The notes under the pieces are model-generated. The model was not told the origin of the DNA. It searched no databases and worked only from the letters and a program-made list of their open reading frames with translations. Positions 16,505-25,554 of a stretch of 32,000 nt of DNA are shown in pieces. The DNA lies in NCBI RefSeq assembly GCF_036323395.1, contig NZ_AP028907.1:1830001-1862000 (forward strand), in the 5' to 3' direction. This stretch comes from Pyrodictium abyssi (lineage in GTDB: Archaea; Thermoproteota; Thermoprotei_A; Sulfolobales; Pyrodictiaceae). Position numbers and translations under genes: made by a program. Each line of letters begins with the position of its first letter. Position 1 is the first letter of the stretch.

Positions 16505-17173
16505 CTAGTCCGCCTCCCCGTTCTGGCTATGGTATCGTGCCTTGGTATTAACTATGGCAGCTGGGTAGCCCGTTATAGCGAGTTTCGCGATGGTCTCAGG
16601 GAGCCCGAAAGCCACCAACATAGCCTGTACTGTCCGGGGGTGCCACATCTCCCACCTGGTTCTAGCACCGCTAGTCACGACTAGCGGGGCCTCGTACGCC
16701 GCTGCCCGCCTCGCAATTATCATTGTGCCGCGGAGGCTGGAGCGGGGGTCGCCGCCGTAGAGCAGTGGCAGGAAGCGTATCTCGACTGCTGCTCCGCCCT
16801 CTCGTAGCATTGCTGTCTGGCTCTTATCCATGTACCTGGCCATGCCGGGTGGTAGCACTATTAGCCCGACGCGGGGGTCTCTTGCAGCTAGCCTAGCAGC
16901 CTCAGCAGACTTAGGCTTTACAGCTACTAGGTCAAAGCTTAGGGCTACTCGCTTCAGTATGTTGACAGTCTTACCCCAGGACTCGGCCTCTATGGTTACA
17001 CGTGTTAGAGCCTCAATACCCTCTTCTGTGAACACTCTTGCGTATTCGCGTGCGCGCTGTGGGTCACTATTCTCTACTGCTACGAGCCTATACCCCATTA
17101 TCTTTGCGAGCGAGGCCATCTCCATAGCGTCTCGGAGGCTACGTGGCTCAAGTGCTAGGTCAATGAACTTCAA
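16505..17173 (-). CDS. rnp3: RNase P protein component 3 (Rpp30 family)
   Basis: ORF 222 aa: PHP/Rpp30-like pattern DLVAVKPKSAEAARLAARDPRVGLIVLPPG, GGAAVEIRFLPLL, APLVVTSGARTRWEMWHPR. Confidence 0.88.
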   Translation of the reverse strand: MKFIDLALEPRSLRDAMEMASLAKIMGYRLVAVENSDPQRAREYARVFTEEGIEALTRVTIEAESWGKTVNILKRVALSFDLVAVKPKSAEAARLAARDPRVGLIVLPPGMARYMDKSQTAMLREGGAAVEIRFLPLLYGGDPRSSLRGTMIIARRAAAYEAPLVVTSGARTRWEMWHPRTVQAMLVAFGLPETIAKLAITGYPAAIVNTKARYHSQNGEAD

Positions 17174-17625
17174 GACACGAGCCCCAATTCCTTGAGAACC
17201 TTTATGGCTTTTTCGAGGCGCGGAGTCCCCCTAAGGTTGATCATTACATGGATAACGTCGTCTCCATCGTAGAACCTTAGTTCGCCTAGGAAGGCGTCCT
17301 GCTTGCTGAACCTTAGGTAGAACCTGCCCTGTTTTGCATCGTACCGGTTTTCAAGCATCATAGCAATGATCTTCTTGCTCTCCTTGTCAAGCTTCTCTGC
17401 AAGCCCACGTACAAACTCCTCTGCAGCTCCGCCTTCGAGCCTGACCATTATCCTCGTTATCGGGTTATTGTAGTGCCCCTCTAGAGTGTGGATTGTGAAC
17501 TCCACCTTGCTGTGAAGCGCCTCTGGTATGATGTTGAGTATTGCTTGCTTAACTCTGTCCACATCCTCGGTGGCGTGTGCATGAGCAGCTATCTCTACCC
17601 TTATGACCTTGCTAGGCATAGGCAT
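17170..17625 (-). CDS. COG1325-like predicted RNA-binding protein
   Basis: ORF 151 aa: VEIAAHAHATEDVDRVKQAILNIIPE...LEGHYNNPITRIMVRL...RFYLRFSKQDAFLGELRF. 4-nt overlap with rpp30. Confidence 0.8.
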   Translation of the reverse strand: MPMPSKVIRVEIAAHAHATEDVDRVKQAILNIIPEALHSKVEFTIHTLEGHYNNPITRIMVRLEGGAAEEFVRGLAEKLDKESKKIIAMMLENRYDAKQGRFYLRFSKQDAFLGELRFYDGDDVIHVMINLRGTPRLEKAIKVLKELGLVS

Positions 17626-17752
17626 AGGTTTCTACCCCCTCACCGATATGTGGTTGCCTGGCCTAGCTGTGTTCCCCAGTGCTGCGTCCGGCCAGGCCAT
17701 CATGGGCTGCCAAGCTTTCTTCAAGCCCGCTACTCTCGGAAGAACTGTTTAT

Positions 17753-17762
17753 CCATAAAATT
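17753..17762 (-). promoter_or_regulatory. candidate TATA box for the COG1325-rpp30-pop5-arfC-arfA operon
   Basis: Minus strand AATTTTATGG about 130 nt upstream of the first gene. Confidence 0.25.
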
Positions 17763-17970
17763 CTTCAAGAAGCCTCGCCATGTTTGCAGTCAAGGGTTTC
17801 CTATATGCCCGGTGTGCACAGTACAACCTCTAAGGTGCTATGTAGAACATCTACAATTATACCGGCAGAGTATGTTGCCGGGTAGCAGGAAGAGGAAATG
17901 CCCTGTGTTGACTGCCGGTCTAACGTCAAAAACTAGGAGCTAGAGAACCGTAGATAGTGTTGGGTAGGTG

Positions 17971-18651
17971 TTACTGTAGGTCGCCGTGGTGGTACTTTTC
18001 GCGTATCTCGTCTGGCGCAATGAGGCGGGCGCCGCGGTGGGCCTCGTGGCGCTTCTTGAGCTTGCGCTCCTTCTGCTTCTTCTTCCACTTGTACTTGTGC
18101 GTGCCGCGTAGGCCGCGTGTCTTCCTTAGGCCGCGCATCTTCTTGCCAGCGCTTGTTAGGCCGCGGAATACGCGGCCACGGTGCTGCTTCTCGCATATCC
18201 AGCCCAGGTCCTTGTCCCTGCACACAGCGGGGTGGCTGCGGTCTACCAGTATGACCTCGTACCACTTGTACTCGCCGTCCTCGGCCACGTAGTAGCTGTT
18301 GAGCACCTCCATGTTCGGGTACTTTCTGGCTGCACGCTCCTCAGCTATCAGCCTTGTGGATTTCGCGGGCGCGTAGCCGTAGACACCCATCCTCTTGGGG
18401 CGGCGGCCCTTGTTTGGCCTTGGCCTGTTTAGGCCACCCTTGCGTACCCGTACCCGGACTACTATGATGCCCTGCTTGGCCTTGTAACCAAGGCTGCGAG
18501 CACGGTCAATGCGCGTCGGCTTCTCGATGCGGACCACACTTGGCTGACGACGCCACTCCATTAGACGGCGCTTCCACAGCTGTACTAGCTCGGGTACCTC
18601 GTGGCGCTGCTTCCACGTCTCTCTAAGATAGTGGTATAGACCGCGTGCCAT
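17971..18651 (-). CDS. rpl15e: 50S ribosomal protein L15e
   Basis: ORF 226 aa: [72 protein letters not shown]. Confidence 0.97.
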   Translation of the reverse strand: MARGLYHYLRETWKQRHEVPELVQLWKRRLMEWRRQPSVVRIEKPTRIDRARSLGYKAKQGIIVVRVRVRKGGLNRPRPNKGRRPKRMGVYGYAPAKSTRLIAEERAARKYPNMEVLNSYYVAEDGEYKWYEVILVDRSHPAVCRDKDLGWICEKQHRGRVFRGLTSAGKKMRGLRKTRGLRGTHKYKWKKKQKERKLKKRHEAHRGARLIAPDEIREKYHHGDLQ

Positions 18652-18707
18652 CGCCTTCCCCTACCTACCTTATCGTGAGCCCAGGAACCGACTAGCCCTA
18701 CTCACCC

Positions 18708-18717
18708 TATTAAAAAC
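18708..18717 (-). promoter_or_regulatory. candidate TATA box for L15e
   Basis: Minus strand GTTTTTAATAG about 57 nt upstream of the L15e start. Confidence 0.45.
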
Positions 18718-18859
18718 ACTACAGCCCGGCTTACCCGCCTACGGCGGGGATGAGGACTTGCCCGCATAACGGAGCCCTACGCGTGTACCGAGGGCCGTGG
18801 CGAGGTGTGCGCCCCGGCTGACCCGCCATGCTGCTTCTGCCGCCGAGCTGCTGGCTCGT

Positions 18860-20110
18860 CTAGCTCTTCTTGGCCGCGGCAGCAACTATCTTGATGACGT
18901 CATCGTCTTCTAGCTCGTAGTCTTCTCCCACTCGTGTCTTTGTCCTAGCGTTTACCGCGTAGAGGAATGTCTTCCCGAGGTCAGTGTGCACCATGTAGGC
19001 TAGCTCGCGCGCAGTAGTCCCTCGGGGTACTAGATAGGCGTCAGGCAGAATCCTTCCGCGACCATCCGTGAACTTGTTGGCGTCCTCAACCGGGTACACC
19101 GCTATCATGTTGAGCAGCTCTAGGAACGTCTTGTTTATCGCCTCTTGTACACCGGTTGACCCCCACTTCCGGAGCACACGCTCCCTTATGTACTCGAGGG
19201 CCTGGAGCTGCTTCTTTGACAGCTTGTCCTCGTCGATTATTTCGAAGTCGCTATCACCAGGTATGTACTTTATTACTCCGGCGCGCGCTGCCCGTCGCAG
19301 CGCGAGCTCTGCAGCCGCGCTAGTGGGCACGACTATGTAGTCCTTGAGCTCCTTCTTCATGCGCTTTATGTTGTCTTCTGCCTCCGGTATATCTGCCTTG
19401 TTAGCAGCTATGAGCATTGGCTTTGAGATCCTTATTCCTTTAGCGAATCTCCGGAGGTCTTCCCGTGTCCAGGCTGTGAGCGACTTGCCTACCAGGCCAG
19501 CATACTCTAGCGCCTTTTCCACGTGGTATCTCCGGATGCTTAGGCCGCTAAGCCTCTGGGTGAGAGCCTCGACGATGTTAGCCCCGGTCGTGGAGACCTT
19601 CATGGCGAAACGGTCCCAGTCGTTGAGCAGTATCCCGTATATCCATTCTTCTAGCTCCTTTTCGAGCCAGCGAACCTCGTCCACTGGGTCATACGTTCCC
19701 GGCGGTACGGGGTTTCCTGCAGCATCGGTGGAGCCAGAGGCGTCAACCACTAGTATTATCGCGTCGGCCTGCCTTATGGCGTCGAGGAACCTGTTACCGA
19801 GGCCCTTACCCTCATGCGCGCCCGGAATTAGGCCTGGTATATCTATGAGCTTGACTGGGATGAAGCGCCAGCCGTCAGTGCAGTAGCCGGAGGCGGGGTC
19901 ACAGCGGGGAAGTCCTAGCTCTACGTGGACACAGCGCTTCCTAACGTATCCCACACCAGTGCTCGGCTCCAGCGTGACGAATGGCCTATTGCCTATCTCC
20001 ACTGTTGCGAGCGTCGCAGCTGCGAAGAATGTTGACTTCCCGACATTTGTCTTGCCTACCATGCCCGCCTGTCTTTCAGGTGGCGGCAAGGCCTCTACTA
20101 CACCCGCCAA
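18860..20110 (-). CDS. redox-regulated ATPase/GTPase YchF-like (OBG family with TGS domain)
   Basis: ORF 416 aa: VGKTNVGKSTFFAAATLATVEIGNRPFVTLEP, DIPGLIPGAHEGKGLGNRFL and a C-terminal TGS-like region. Confidence 0.93.
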   Translation of the reverse strand: MAGVVEALPPPERQAGMVGKTNVGKSTFFAAATLATVEIGNRPFVTLEPSTGVGYVRKRCVHVELGLPRCDPASGYCTDGWRFIPVKLIDIPGLIPGAHEGKGLGNRFLDAIRQADAIILVVDASGSTDAAGNPVPPGTYDPVDEVRWLEKELEEWIYGILLNDWDRFAMKVSTTGANIVEALTQRLSGLSIRRYHVEKALEYAGLVGKSLTAWTREDLRRFAKGIRISKPMLIAANKADIPEAEDNIKRMKKELKDYIVVPTSAAAELALRRAARAGVIKYIPGDSDFEIIDEDKLSKKQLQALEYIRERVLRKWGSTGVQEAINKTFLELLNMIAVYPVEDANKFTDGRGRILPDAYLVPRGTTARELAYMVHTDLGKTFLYAVNARTKTRVGEDYELEDDDVIKIVAAAAKKS

Positions 20111-20317
20111 GGAGGGGTCTACAAACGTGAAGCTCTAAGGATATTCCGGTAGGGGCCAGTAATGGAACGAACTCGTCAATCGCCATGTATTCCTAGTCCA
20201 CCACTAGACGCCATACCCGGCGGTGAAGCCCGGTAAGGTGCACGCGGGCCGGGGAACTACCGCTATATACTCTAGTAAAAAGCACGTGAAGCAGAGTACG
20301 TGATTTTGGGCTATGGG

Positions 20318-20746
20318 CTAGTAGTCTCCTACTATCTCGTTGTCGCTGAAGAATACCTTGTACTCGCGCTCAAAGGACTCCTTGCTGTCGCTTGCGTGTA
20401 TCACGTTGGCGCCTATATCTAGCGCGAAGTCACCGCGTATGGTTCCCGGCGGGGCCTTCCTGCCGTCGGTTGGCCCTATCATTAGCCTTACTACCTCTAC
20501 TGCACTGTCGCCCTCGAGTATCATGGCTACTACCGGGCCGCTAGTGATGAACTCTACTAGTTCCTCGAAGAATGGCTTGCCGCGGTGGACTTCGTAGAGT
20601 TTCTCGGCCTCCTCGCGCGTAAGCCACTTCATCTTTAGGGCCTTTATCTTGAGGCCTTTCCTCTCAAACCTGGCTATTATCTCGCCCACTAGCCCGCGCT
20701 TAACCGCGTCAGGCTTTATCATAACGAAGGTGCGCTCTACTGCCAC
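20318..20746 (-). CDS. ndk: nucleoside diphosphate kinase
   Basis: ORF 142 aa: [47 protein letters not shown]. Confidence 0.98.
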   Translation of the reverse strand: MAVERTFVMIKPDAVKRGLVGEIIARFERKGLKIKALKMKWLTREEAEKLYEVHRGKPFFEELVEFITSGPVVAMILEGDSAVEVVRLMIGPTDGRKAPPGTIRGDFALDIGANVIHASDSKESFEREYKVFFSDNEIVGDY

Positions 20747-20811
20747 GCCAGGGCCACCCCTCGCGCTTTTGCCCTCTAGGTGTGCTCCTCGCGGGTGAAC
20801 AGCTGGGAGGG

Positions 20812-20819
20812 CTATAAGA
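20812..20819 (+). promoter_or_regulatory. candidate TATA box for the SagB-like nitroreductase
   Basis: CTATAAGA about 50 nt upstream of the GTG start at 20865. Confidence 0.4.
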
Positions 20820-20864
20820 GGACACTCTTAGCAATGGTATACGGTTTCGTTCATACTCTTCCTG

Positions 20865-21713
20865 GTGGAGCGCTATACCGGGGTGCCAGCGTTGCACATT
20901 GACCACGTGTGCAGAGCCATCTGGTCATTTATAACGCGTCTCAGCGAGGGCGCACGAAGGCTGTTCCTCCGCGGCGTCGCCGAGCTAGTGAAGCGTAACG
21001 ACGTTGCAGCCCTTTACCACTATGCCACTATGATAGAGGAGCACGCCTACATGGATAGCCCAGATGTCGCCTGGCCTGGGTTCTTCAAGCAGTATGACTG
21101 CCTTGACCATGTAGAGTTGCCGAAGCCTCCCGAGCAGAGCGGTGTTGATGTTTTCTCCGCTATAAGGCTGCGTAGGAGCCGGAGAAGCTACAGCTCCGAG
21201 CCACTTGACCTGCATGAAGTCTCAGCCGTACTCTACCATGCTGCAGGCATACGTGGATGGGATGGTGATTGGCCCCTTAGGGTCTATCCTAGCGCTGGGG
21301 GCCTGCAGCCGGTAGAAGTCTACCTAGCTGCTGACCGCATAGATGGCGTTGAGCGCGGGCTTTACCACTATAATCCTCTTAACCATTCTCTATGTTTGCT
21401 TAGAAATGGGCGTTACATGGATACGCTTTCCGCCATAGCTCTAGGCCAGGACCATGTTGCCAAGGCTCCAGCTGCGCTGGTGATGACAGCCGTCTATTCT
21501 AGGACAGCTAGCAAGTATGCTGCCCGTTCCTACCGCTATGTCCACCTAGACGCTGGGACCGTTGTCCAGAACGTGTACCTGGCCGCGGAGGCAATGGGCT
21601 TGGCTACTGTGGTTGTTGGCGCCTTCTATGACGAGGAGTTGTGTAGGCTTCTAGGCATAGACTGCTACAACGAGATACCGGTAGCCATAATGCCTATCGG
21701 AAAGAGGTTATGA
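20865..21713 (+). CDS. SagB/ThcOx-like nitroreductase family protein
   Basis: ORF 282 aa: AIRLRRSRRSYSSEPLDLHEVSAVLYHAAGI...YPSAGGLQPVEVYL...HLDAGTVVQNVYLAAEAMGLATVVVGAF. Confidence 0.9.
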   Translation: MERYTGVPALHIDHVCRAIWSFITRLSEGARRLFLRGVAELVKRNDVAALYHYATMIEEHAYMDSPDVAWPGFFKQYDCLDHVELPKPPEQSGVDVFSAIRLRRSRRSYSSEPLDLHEVSAVLYHAAGIRGWDGDWPLRVYPSAGGLQPVEVYLAADRIDGVERGLYHYNPLNHSLCLLRNGRYMDTLSAIALGQDHVAKAPAALVMTAVYSRTASKYAARSYRYVHLDAGTVVQNVYLAAEAMGLATVVVGAFYDEELCRLLGIDCYNEIPVAIMPIGKRL

Positions 21714-21755
21714 AGTAGTATCCTCTCTAGAGCCCTCTGGGAGGAGGGACAAAGG

Positions 21756-22649
21756 ATGACAGGCTGCATAGCCATCCTAGGCCTGGGGCGTATGGGCTCC
21801 GCGATGGCTAGGAGGCTTGCTGCTAGAGGCTATAGCCTGGTTCTTTGGAACCGTACACCGTCAAAGGCTAGGGCTCTTGCAGAAGAGCTGGGAGCCGAAG
21901 TCGTTGCCTCGCCCCGTGAGGCGGCTGATGCATGCGAGTTCGTACACATAGTCGTATCTGATGACGAGGCCTCGCTCGAGGTACTATCTGGGGGAAACGG
22001 TGTAGCAACAAAGCCGCTGACCGGCAGGACCGTCTTCAACCATACGACTGTTACACCTAGGCATAGCATCGTGGCAGACAGTATAGTGTCGCGCGCTGGC
22101 GGCGTCTACGTGGAAGCCCCGGTTGCCGGTAACCCCCGCAACGCCCTCGAAGGTAGCCTCGTCATACTCTGCGGCTCTAGGGCTGGCGAAGATGTGTGTA
22201 GCGCTAAGCACCTACACGATTTAGGCGAGGTTGTCTACCTAGGCGAGCCCCCTAGAGCGTCTGCAGCGAAGCTGGCGTTTAACCTATCATTCCTCTCCAT
22301 AGTAGCTGGGCTGGGAGAGGCCTTCGCTCTAGCCGAGTCCTACGGGCTGAGCGCAGAGCGCTTCGCGAGAGAAGTTCTAGGCAGAACATGGCTTAAAGCG
22401 ATAGTAGAGAGGTACGGCGAGAGGCTATGGCCCCGTGGAAAGGCTAGCTTTGCTGCCGCACTTGCAGGAAAAGATGCTAGGTACGCGTTCGAAGCCCTAA
22501 CCGACGCCGGACTACCGGGCAGCGTTGCAGCCGCTGTGGCTAGCTATTACTCGCTGATGACGCTAATGGGCTACGGTGAGGAAGACTATCCCTCGCTTGC
22601 AGGATTCCTAGCCAATCTCGCGGGCAACAAGAGGAACCAGCAGAACTAG
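21756..22649 (+). CDS. NAD(P)-dependent beta-hydroxyacid (3-hydroxyisobutyrate-like) dehydrogenase
   Basis: ORF 297 aa: IAILGLGRMGSAMARRLAARGYSLVLWNRTPSKA, EAPVAGNPRNALEGSL, AAKLAFNLSFLSIVAGLGEAFALAE. Confidence 0.9.
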   Translation: MTGCIAILGLGRMGSAMARRLAARGYSLVLWNRTPSKARALAEELGAEVVASPREAADACEFVHIVVSDDEASLEVLSGGNGVATKPLTGRTVFNHTTVTPRHSIVADSIVSRAGGVYVEAPVAGNPRNALEGSLVILCGSRAGEDVCSAKHLHDLGEVVYLGEPPRASAAKLAFNLSFLSIVAGLGEAFALAESYGLSAERFAREVLGRTWLKAIVERYGERLWPRGKASFAAALAGKDARYAFEALTDAGLPGSVAAAVASYYSLMTLMGYGEEDYPSLAGFLANLAGNKRNQQN

Positions 22650-22669
22650 GCCCTTATGGTGCCCGTTTT

Positions 22670-23551
22670 ATGGAGCTTAGAGGGCTCGCCGCTGTAATTG
22701 TAGCAGTTGCAGCATGGAGCTTAGCCCCCGCTATAGTGAGCCGCGCATCGTTGAAGGTAGAGCGGGTGAACCCTTGGGCTTTCAACGGGTGGCGGATGCT
22801 CATCGCAGCTCTAGCTACTATACCTCTTGCGTACGTCTACGAGGGCTTTCCCCTTACTACTCCTTGGCTTGATCCTGTTTTCGAACTAGGCGTGTGGCTA
22901 GGCGGGGTATTTGCCACGATCTTGGGCGATGGCCTCTTCGTCTACAGTGTTAGCCGTATAGGCGCAGGCATAACGATGCCTATATCATACTTATTCGTGA
23001 TATGGACAAGCCTCTACGACTACTTTAGAGGCATGGCCGGCGAAAACGTCCTCTTAGCAGCTGCGCTCGCACTCGCAGGTATATGGATCGTATCCACTAG
23101 CAGCGGGGGAAGACCCTCGCCGTCTCGCCGCTACCGTTTATCCGCTATAGCAGCCGCCATAGCCACATCATTCATATGGGGCGCTAGCATGTACGCCTAC
23201 CAAGCTGCACTTGAAAAGGCAGGCTATCTCAGCGTAGCTAGTGCTAGAGCTATATTCACTGTCCTAGTGCTTCTCTACCCAATACTAACGTGGCGTGACG
23301 CAAGCCGCGTGGCAGTAGAAATAGCTGCGAGCTCGCTACTAGGCTACGTCGTTGGCGCACTAGCATTTCTTGTGGCTCTCTCGCTGATGCCCGCAAGCAT
23401 TGTAGCCATAGGACTAGCACTATCGCCTATAACAACACAGCTCATTGTAGCCCCTATAGCCAAAGAGCGTATCGAGCAACGCCTACTAGTAGGCGGCGCA
23501 TTGATAACGGCGGCACTCATACTTGCAAACATCGAACATGTAGGATGGTAG
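22670..23551 (+). CDS. EamA/DMT superfamily transporter
   Basis: ORF 293 aa, about ten hydrophobic segments arranged as two EamA-like halves. Confidence 0.88.
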   Translation: MELRGLAAVIVAVAAWSLAPAIVSRASLKVERVNPWAFNGWRMLIAALATIPLAYVYEGFPLTTPWLDPVFELGVWLGGVFATILGDGLFVYSVSRIGAGITMPISYLFVIWTSLYDYFRGMAGENVLLAAALALAGIWIVSTSSGGRPSPSRRYRLSAIAAAIATSFIWGASMYAYQAALEKAGYLSVASARAIFTVLVLLYPILTWRDASRVAVEIAASSLLGYVVGALAFLVALSLMPASIVAIGLALSPITTQLIVAPIAKERIEQRLLVGGALITAALILANIEHVGW

Positions 23552-23677
23552 TGCTCACTCTCTATCTCTTTAGTCTCTTTAGTTGATAGGCTGATAGAGA
23601 ACAGCTTCGGGTACTATTTCAGCTAAGCTTTCTAGATGCGTGCCGCAAAAACACGGCTCTGTAGAGGGGGCTTCTGG

Positions 23678-23863
23678 CTAGTGGCGTAGCCTCGTGTAGT
23701 GCTTAGTCCACTTTAGCTTACGTGGATCGCGGCCCATCTTCCATAGCTTAAAGCACTTGCTACTGCAGAACCACAGTATTGAGCCATCGTTCTTCACGTA
23801 CATTAGACCTGTCCCGGGCTCTATGTCGCGGCCACAGTAGGTACAGCTGTGCACCACCGGCAT
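23678..23863 (-). CDS. rpl24e: 50S ribosomal protein L24e
   Basis: ORF 61 aa: [47 protein letters not shown]. Confidence 0.97.
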   Translation of the reverse strand: MPVVHSCTYCGRDIEPGTGLMYVKNDGSILWFCSSKCFKLWKMGRDPRKLKWTKHYTRLRH

Positions 23864-23869
23864 GGCTTA

Positions 23870-24115
23870 CTACCTCCTCCTACCTAGCCTCCTGGCTTCG
23901 CGCTCTGTCTCTCTCAGTATAACTATGTCGCCCAGCCTCACCGGGCCGAGGACGTTGCGCGTCAGTACACGGCCCTTGTCGCGGCCCTCAAGTACGCGTA
24001 CACGCACTTGTATGACCTCGCCGTGCACGCCAGTACGGCCTATTATCTGTATGACTTCCGCGGGGAAGCCTATTTCCTCGATAATGTTGAAGTCCTTGTC
24101 CCTGCGCTGGCTCAA
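23870..24115 (-). CDS. rps28e: 30S ribosomal protein S28e
   Basis: ORF 81 aa: [60 protein letters not shown]. Confidence 0.97.
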   Translation of the reverse strand: MSQRRDKDFNIIEEIGFPAEVIQIIGRTGVHGEVIQVRVRVLEGRDKGRVLTRNVLGPVRLGDIVILRETEREARRLGRRR

Positions 24116-24152
24116 GCCTCTCTAGCCCCCGCAGAGCCCCTAGCGAAAGCGG

Positions 24153-24162
24153 GCTATAAAAC
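24153..24162. promoter_or_regulatory. shared TATA-like box in divergent intergenic region
   Basis: gCTATAAAAC (minus GTTTTATAG), about 40-45 nt from both the S28e start (24115) and the divergent gene start (24201). Confidence 0.45.
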
Positions 24163-24200
24163 ACAATGCCCCGGCAGACCCTGCCTCTGGGGCGTTCCGC

Positions 24201-24944
24201 ATGGTGCGCGAGGCGGTCGCCCACGTTCTCTCTAAGGTGCGCGGCATAGACCCTAAGAGGCTGCTCTCGGGGGTACCACCACGCGCGGTACTAGCTGCTT
24301 TCTATGCTGCAGAGCTTTGCAGGCTTGAGAACTGTAGCGAAGAGACGGCTGCCATAGCCGCCCTAGTTTACAGCCATAACCAGGCAGACAGTGTACTTGA
24401 CAAGGCTCCACAGCACATCGTGCACCACGTACGTAAGGTGCTAGAGGAGGCTGAATACGCTCATCTACGTTCGCCTTCATCCCAATACACTATGGTTGTG
24501 CTTGACGCCGACGTGCTAGCACGTATAGGCGCATTGTCGCTTTTCAACAGGTTTACAGAGTACCAGGCGTCGATAGCAGATATGCTCCAGGCTGCACTGG
24601 ATATACTGAGTTATGCCGTGGCATCCGACTATATACTGTATACACACTCTGCCAAGAAGCTGGCTAGCCGCATGAAGCCGCATACTATAGCGTACTTTAA
24701 CTGGCTTGTAGAGGAGCTGGCGAGCCTAGGTATAAAGGCTAGACTACGTACTGAGACCACAGTGGGCGGCGTCATATCCTACGTTGACCTACTATCTTGC
24801 CCGTGTGGCGATACTATTGTCAAGGAGAAGGCTGTGAAGCCCGCTGAGAAGTGTATGCGCTACATTCTACGCTATACGTGTAGAAGCTGCGGTCTAGATG
24901 TAGAGGCTACAACATGCATCCCGGAATCGACAAGGACGAGATAG
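24201..24944 (+). CDS. hypothetical protein, degenerate HD-like helical domain plus C-terminal zinc ribbon
   Basis: ORF 247 aa. VVLDADVLARIGALSLFNRF resembles the second Asp motif of HD hydrolases. C-terminus CPCG...CMRY...CRSCG. Confidence 0.6.
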   Translation: MVREAVAHVLSKVRGIDPKRLLSGVPPRAVLAAFYAAELCRLENCSEETAAIAALVYSHNQADSVLDKAPQHIVHHVRKVLEEAEYAHLRSPSSQYTMVVLDADVLARIGALSLFNRFTEYQASIADMLQAALDILSYAVASDYILYTHSAKKLASRMKPHTIAYFNWLVEELASLGIKARLRTETTVGGVISYVDLLSCPCGDTIVKEKAVKPAEKCMRYILRYTCRSCGLDVEATTCIPESTRTR

Positions 24945-25067
24945 AATACCCGTTTCCTCCGATTGATTACTGGTGGCAACACTAGTAGGATTAGCGGCGA
25001 GGAGCCGTTGGAGAGGCTTCAAAAACTGCTGCGGTGACGTGTGCCCTATAAGAAGGGCTTTGGGGCT

Positions 25068-25448
25068 TTAAGCAGCCTTAGCCTTTAGCTCGTTTACAGC
25101 CTTTACTATCTCGTCAACTAGGCTCTTAGCCTCGCCTGGGTCTATTATGCACGCGCTTGCAGCAGCTACCTCTATGCCGGCTGCCTCGCCTAGCCTCTTC
25201 TTGCTGGGCACGTACACGTAGGGTATCTTCTTCTCCTCACATAGTAGCGGTAGGTGTGCCACTATCTCCGGTGGGTCCACGTCCTCTGCTATGAGTACTA
25301 GCTTTGCTAGGCCGCGCTCTACACACTTTGTGGTCTCGTTGGTACCCTTCTTTATCTTGCCGGTCTTCCTGGCTATCTCTAGTGCCTGGTATGCCTTCTC
25401 AGCTAGCTCCTCTGGTACCTCGAACCTTACGTAGAAGGGCTTGCTCAT
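25068..25448 (-). CDS. rpl7ae: 50S ribosomal protein L7Ae
   Basis: ORF 126 aa: [67 protein letters not shown]. Confidence 0.98.
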   Translation of the reverse strand: MSKPFYVRFEVPEELAEKAYQALEIARKTGKIKKGTNETTKCVERGLAKLVLIAEDVDPPEIVAHLPLLCEEKKIPYVYVPSKKRLGEAAGIEVAAASACIIDPGEAKSLVDEIVKAVNELKAKAA

Positions 25449-25554
25449 GGCTCATCCTCCTCCCGGTGCCTGGTCGTCGCCCAGGTATCTGGGCGTGTAG
25501 AGCAGCTCTTACTGCTAGGGTTTACAAAACTAGCGGGCGGGCCTTCACGAGCTA

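Noticed and set aside
17933-18265. 110-aa minus ORF overlapping L15e
   Set aside because: Alternative frame of the L15e gene. P/R/Q-rich, not conserved.
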